Below, piece after piece: positions 60,255 through 64,000 of a stretch of DNA of 64,000 nucleotides. The notes below the pieces were generated by a model. That model was not told the DNA's origin. It saw only the letters and a list, made by a program, of their open reading frames with translations, and did no database searches. The position numbers and the translations under genes were made by a program. Where the stretch lies: NCBI GenBank assembly GCA_030324005.1, contig JARDVH010000031.1, positions 8,393,786 through 8,457,785 of the forward strand, in the 5' to 3' direction. The stretch comes from Negaprion brevirostris (Eukaryota). Position 1 is the stretch's first letter. Every line of letters begins with the position of its first letter.

Positions 60255-61780
60255 AAGGAAGCAGGGGTTAGGCTGAGATGTACATTTCAATCAGAAGAAG
60301 CTATCAACTTAGGATTCAGGGTCAATTCAAAAGGGTAACATCCTTTGGAAGGAAAGGTAAAGTGGTTCAACAGCCAAGGAGGTTCCACAGCCAATAGATG
60401 TATCTGAGCTAAAATCACTTCTGGGGATAGTAAACTTTTATGGCAGATGTTTAAAAAATGTTTTTCCCATCTTAGTCCCTCTTCACCAACTGTTAAAAAA
60501 GCACCAAAGGTAGAAATGAGGAGAAGAACAAAAGGAAACCTTCACAAAAATTAAACAGGCTCTGCACCCGTCTGCCATGTTAGTGTGTTTCAACCCAAAC
60601 AAACCCTTAATAGTGACCTGCGATGCTTTATTATATGGAGTGAAAGCAGTTTTGTGCCTGATAGTGCTGAAAGGCCCACTGCCTTCATTTCAATAATGTT
60701 GTCTGACATGGAGAGGAAATACTCTTAAGTAGACAAAGGAAGCTTGGCTGTCATCTATGCAGTCAAAAAGTTTCATTAGTATATCTGTGGCCAACATTTT
60801 ACAATAGTCTTATATATAAGCCATTGTTAGATCTATTTAGAGAAGATAAGTCAGTGCCACCAATTGCCTCTGCAAGAGTGCAAGATGGCTCTTTTGTTAG
60901 CAGCCTACAGTTATGCATGTCAGCATCACCCTGGGACGTAGATATCACATGCAGATGTACTTAGTCGGTTGCCTACAGGTTCCTCAAGAGATTATACTGG
61001 AACTGCATTTGGTGGAGACCTTGCCAGTCTGAGCAAAACATAAAGTTGTGAAGAGGAAGATACCTTATATTGGTGAAAGTAAAAAGATGGTTATGTAAGG
61101 GTGGCTGTATGTTCTATGTTCTATGTATGAGAAGTCAGAGTTGTTAAAACCATATCAAAGCAAAAGGTCAAAAATAGCCTGTGAAGATGCGGTGTCACTT
61201 AGCGGTGTGCAAGAGTTATAGTCCGACCCCATGGAAGATGACTCCGGTTAACAAGAGTAACATGACTCTCATTCAGATTAAAGTAGAATGCAGGCCCCAG
61301 CCAGGAATTATGTGTGACGGCTGGGCATTGACAAGGAAGTACCAAGGATGGTTAGTCAATGTCCTGGTTGCAAAGCTCAACAGACCTTACCATCACTGAC
61401 AAATTTGTGTCCATGGAAATGGCCAGGAGATTATGTGTGAGGCTATGTATAAGTTTTGCTGAATCATTTATAGGTCATCATTTTCTTACACTAGTAGATG
61501 CACATTCCAAGTGGTTGGATGTGCAAATGGGCTGGCGGAGCATACGGTTTAAGTTGTCAATAAAAAAATCAAGTGAACAGGCCTCTTCCTTTCTACATAG
61601 TCGATTTACTATTATCATATAACACCACCCAAACATGGCCACAGGGGTCACGCCAATCGAGTTACTGATGGGACGTTGTTTAAAATCACGACTGGGTATG
61701 GTATTCTAAGTTTGGCGGGGAGGGTGGAGGTTAGGCAAGCCTCTCAAAAGGAAAGTCAAGAATCAGGAACAAGAAACAGT

Positions 61781-61900
61781 GGATGGAATTTTACCAGCAT
61801 GCCCGCCCGAGGTTTGTATTATCCTGCCGGAGGCCAATAGAGAATGCCGCTGTCCGAGCCTTGCCCAGAGTGGGGTGGGCATGCTGGTAAAATTCTGACC
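61781..61900. mobile_element. 120-bp MITE with 28-bp TIRs and 3-bp TSD
   Basis: GGATGGAATTTTACCAGCATGCCCGCCC … GGGTGGGCATGCTGGTAAAATTCTGACC, with AGT on both sides. Confidence 0.9.
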
Positions 61901-62319
61901 AGTGTGTTTAACATGGAAGATGCAGTCTTGGTTAGAAATGAGATAGTAGGCCTGGCATGGATGGCTTTTAAAATTGTGGAAAGAACATGACTAGTCTCCT
62001 CCATCATAGAGGTACATGGCTGCAGGCTTAGGAAGCCCTTGGACCACCAAAGAGGAAGAGCAGTAATAGACATGGGATCTACAGACAACCTCTGCAGATA
62101 GTTCTAGGATGCAAGCTGGTTACTGGGCTTTCAGTGGAGAAAGTGGGACCGGAGCAACCAGTGGTCATGGAGACTGAAGGGCCAGAAGCTGCTGAACAGC
62201 CACTTGATCTCGGATTAATGAGTCTGCATTTTTCTTTTGTCCAGTCTGGCCCTTGAAATGTGAGCCTACCTCCCAACTGAGATGCTCTGCCAGAGCTTGG
62301 AAATCTCCAGATCAATTTA

Positions 62320-62523
62320 AGTCCAAAGATGTGCGGGTTAGGTTGATTGGCCATGCTAAAATAAAAAAATGCCCCTTAGTGTCCTGAGATGCATAGGTTA
62401 GAGGGATTAGTGGGTAAAATATGTAGGGATATGGGGGTAGGGCAAGGGTGGGATTGTGTTCGGTGCAGACTCGATAGGCCAAAGGGCCTCTTTCTGCACT
62501 GTAGGGTTCTATAATTCTATGAT
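62320..62523 (+). mobile_element. HE1-like SINE 3' half nested in Gypsy element B
   Basis: GTCCAAAGATGTGCGGGTTAGGTTGATTGGCCATGCTAAA…CTGCACTGTAGGGTTCTATAATTCTATGAT. Confidence 0.88.
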
Positions 62524-63239
62524 AAATCTTTGATGAATTTTCCAATGGTTCTTCCTGATACCCTTTTTACATCGGAGCCTATTGTGCATCTTACAAAGTC
62601 TATTCTTTCCTTCTCCTTTGAAGTATTTGGGATTTTAGGGGGAAGGAGTGTAGTAGCATAGCCCTTTAAGGGGGGCATTTCCTGAAGGTCATGTTATCGG
62701 TGAGGTCCCAGTGGATCCACCTGGTGAAAGCTGAGCTAATCAGCAGGCAGGCACCTATCACAGACCGAGGAGGGACTCGCAGTTAGAGCCAAGGAGTCGA
62801 GTAAAGCAATTGTATTGCATTTTAATCTGACCTTGTTCCATATTCATATTATCCCATATTCAGCAAGAAAGCCTGTTGTTGACTCGAGCCACATCGAATC
62901 ACTCTGGATTTATTACAACAATTGAAACTATTGTTGCCAATGGTGGAGCAATTAAATATGTGATGCGTAAGAGGCCAGATTTAGAGAAGTGTAGGGCTGG
63001 AGGAAGTTATAGAGATAGGGTGGGAGAGACCGTGCAGGAGTTTGATAATAAGGCTGAAACAAGTAGACCATGAACAAAAGTTGCAGAGCTAACAAAAGAG
63101 GAAAATAATCATAATTTTTCTGAACTCTAATTTTTCAAAAGAAGGTAGAAAGATTCTCCCAGCCCTCCCTGTGAAGAATCATCTGTCAGATTGTGCTGTT
63201 CTTAGTCAGCAGCTGAAGACACTTCACCATCTGTCTTTC

Positions 63240-63470
63240 CTAAAATTTGGACTGATTGAAGAAGACCAGAGCATTCCAATGCAATCCACCGTGTGTCATT
63301 TGGATTGAATCGGACAATCTGAGAATTACCTGCAACATTTGAAAAGCTGTTGACAGCTCAGGAGCTGATACAAGCAGCCACCTGGTGTGGTAGCAGTCAG
63401 TTTTTATGCCAGGAATGTGTGGTGTGTAACGGATGTGTTATGGACACATGTTAGTTCAAGTCTTCCTCAC
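63240..63470 (+). mobile_element. Harbinger transposase N-terminal remnant
   Basis: VVAVSFYARN…CVTDVL resembles a deleted 'VALNFYAxG…VTDAL' HARBI1 segment. Confidence 0.4.
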
Positions 63471-63764
63471 TCTACACACCATCTGGCACTAGGCAATGTT
63501 TCATTTAACAATTTGGAAGAAGAACAGCTGAACAGCTCAACAACAAATAATATCAGGATGCTAGATTACATGACTAAATTACCTGCCTGACAGCAGTAAA
63601 GATGATACTATTCTGCTCCAGTTCTGAAAACTACAGAATCCCATACTTTATAATTTTCAATAAATATTTGCTGTGCTTATTAAAATAATGAGAATCATAA
63701 GCAAAATAATTTTTGCGATGGAATGCAGTCCTGCATTACAGAGTGCCCAATTTTTCCCACTTGT

Positions 63765-64000
63765 CATAAGAACATAAGAAATAGGAGCAGGAGTCGGCCA
63801 TCTCGCCCTTCGAGCCTGCCCTGCCATTCAATAAGATCATGGCTGATCTGAAGTGGCTCAGTTCCACTTTCCCGCTTTCTCNNNNNNNNNNNNNNNNNNN
63901 NNNNNNNNNNNNNNNNNNNNNNNNNNNNNNNNNNNNNNNNNNNNNNNNNNNNNNNNNNNNNNNNNNNNNNNNNNNNNNNNNCCATAGCATGCTGCAGCTT
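63765..64000 (-). mobile_element. CR1 3' end
   Basis: CATAAGAACATAAGAAATAGGAGCAGGAGTCGGCCAT…GAGCCTGCCCTGCCATTCAATAAGATCATGGCTGATC tail. Confidence 0.9.

Larger units (their letters stand above)
57640..62917 (+). mobile_element. Near full-length, decayed Ty3/Gypsy LTR retrotransposon with both LTRs (element B)
   Basis: 5' LTR ~57640-57910 ending TTTATTACA; PBS TGGTAACGAGG (57912-57922); gag KIKPFDP…WGQYRERL…LRELAEHCEFG…LRDRMVCG; RT VYLDDILITG (~59770); RNase H VTCDA; integrase FLTLVDAHSKW; PPT AGGGGGAAGGAG; 3' LTR 62649-62917 (TG…TTTATTACA). Confidence 0.93.

Noticed and set aside
1-64000. CRISPR arrays, operons, rRNA or prokaryotic defence systems
   Set aside because: No regularly spaced repeat-spacer array, no dense gene packing and no rRNA motifs; the content is vertebrate intronic and repeat DNA.

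Overview
Eukaryotic, repeat-dense DNA, most likely from a cartilaginous fish (shark). This rests on HE1/V-SINE-type SINEs, CR1-type LINE tails and abundant Harbinger relics; the assembly is a gapped draft. Most of the window is intron or intergenic sequence. Four, possibly five, small + strand exons (1540-1585, 12270-12337, 18498-18608, 27411-27498, 27666-27718) splice in compatible phases into one open frame of a protein I cannot name. Other recognisable contents: a 3'-truncated histone H4 pseudogene; three decayed LTR retrotransposons, two with the standard Ty3/Gypsy order and one with the inverted Gmr1-type PR-IN-RT-RH order; a Penelope element with a GIY-YIG frame and a fold-back terminus; hammerhead-ribozyme-like motifs at Penelope-type termini; several decayed two-gene PIF/Harbinger elements with their MITEs; a ~220-bp fold-back element; and many SINE/LINE fragments. 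I found no clearly new biological system. The best leads are the unidentified spliced gene, the hammerhead motifs, the fold-back element and a possible antisense transcript. All family names come from motif recognition, not database searches, and repeat boundaries are approximate unless termini are quoted.
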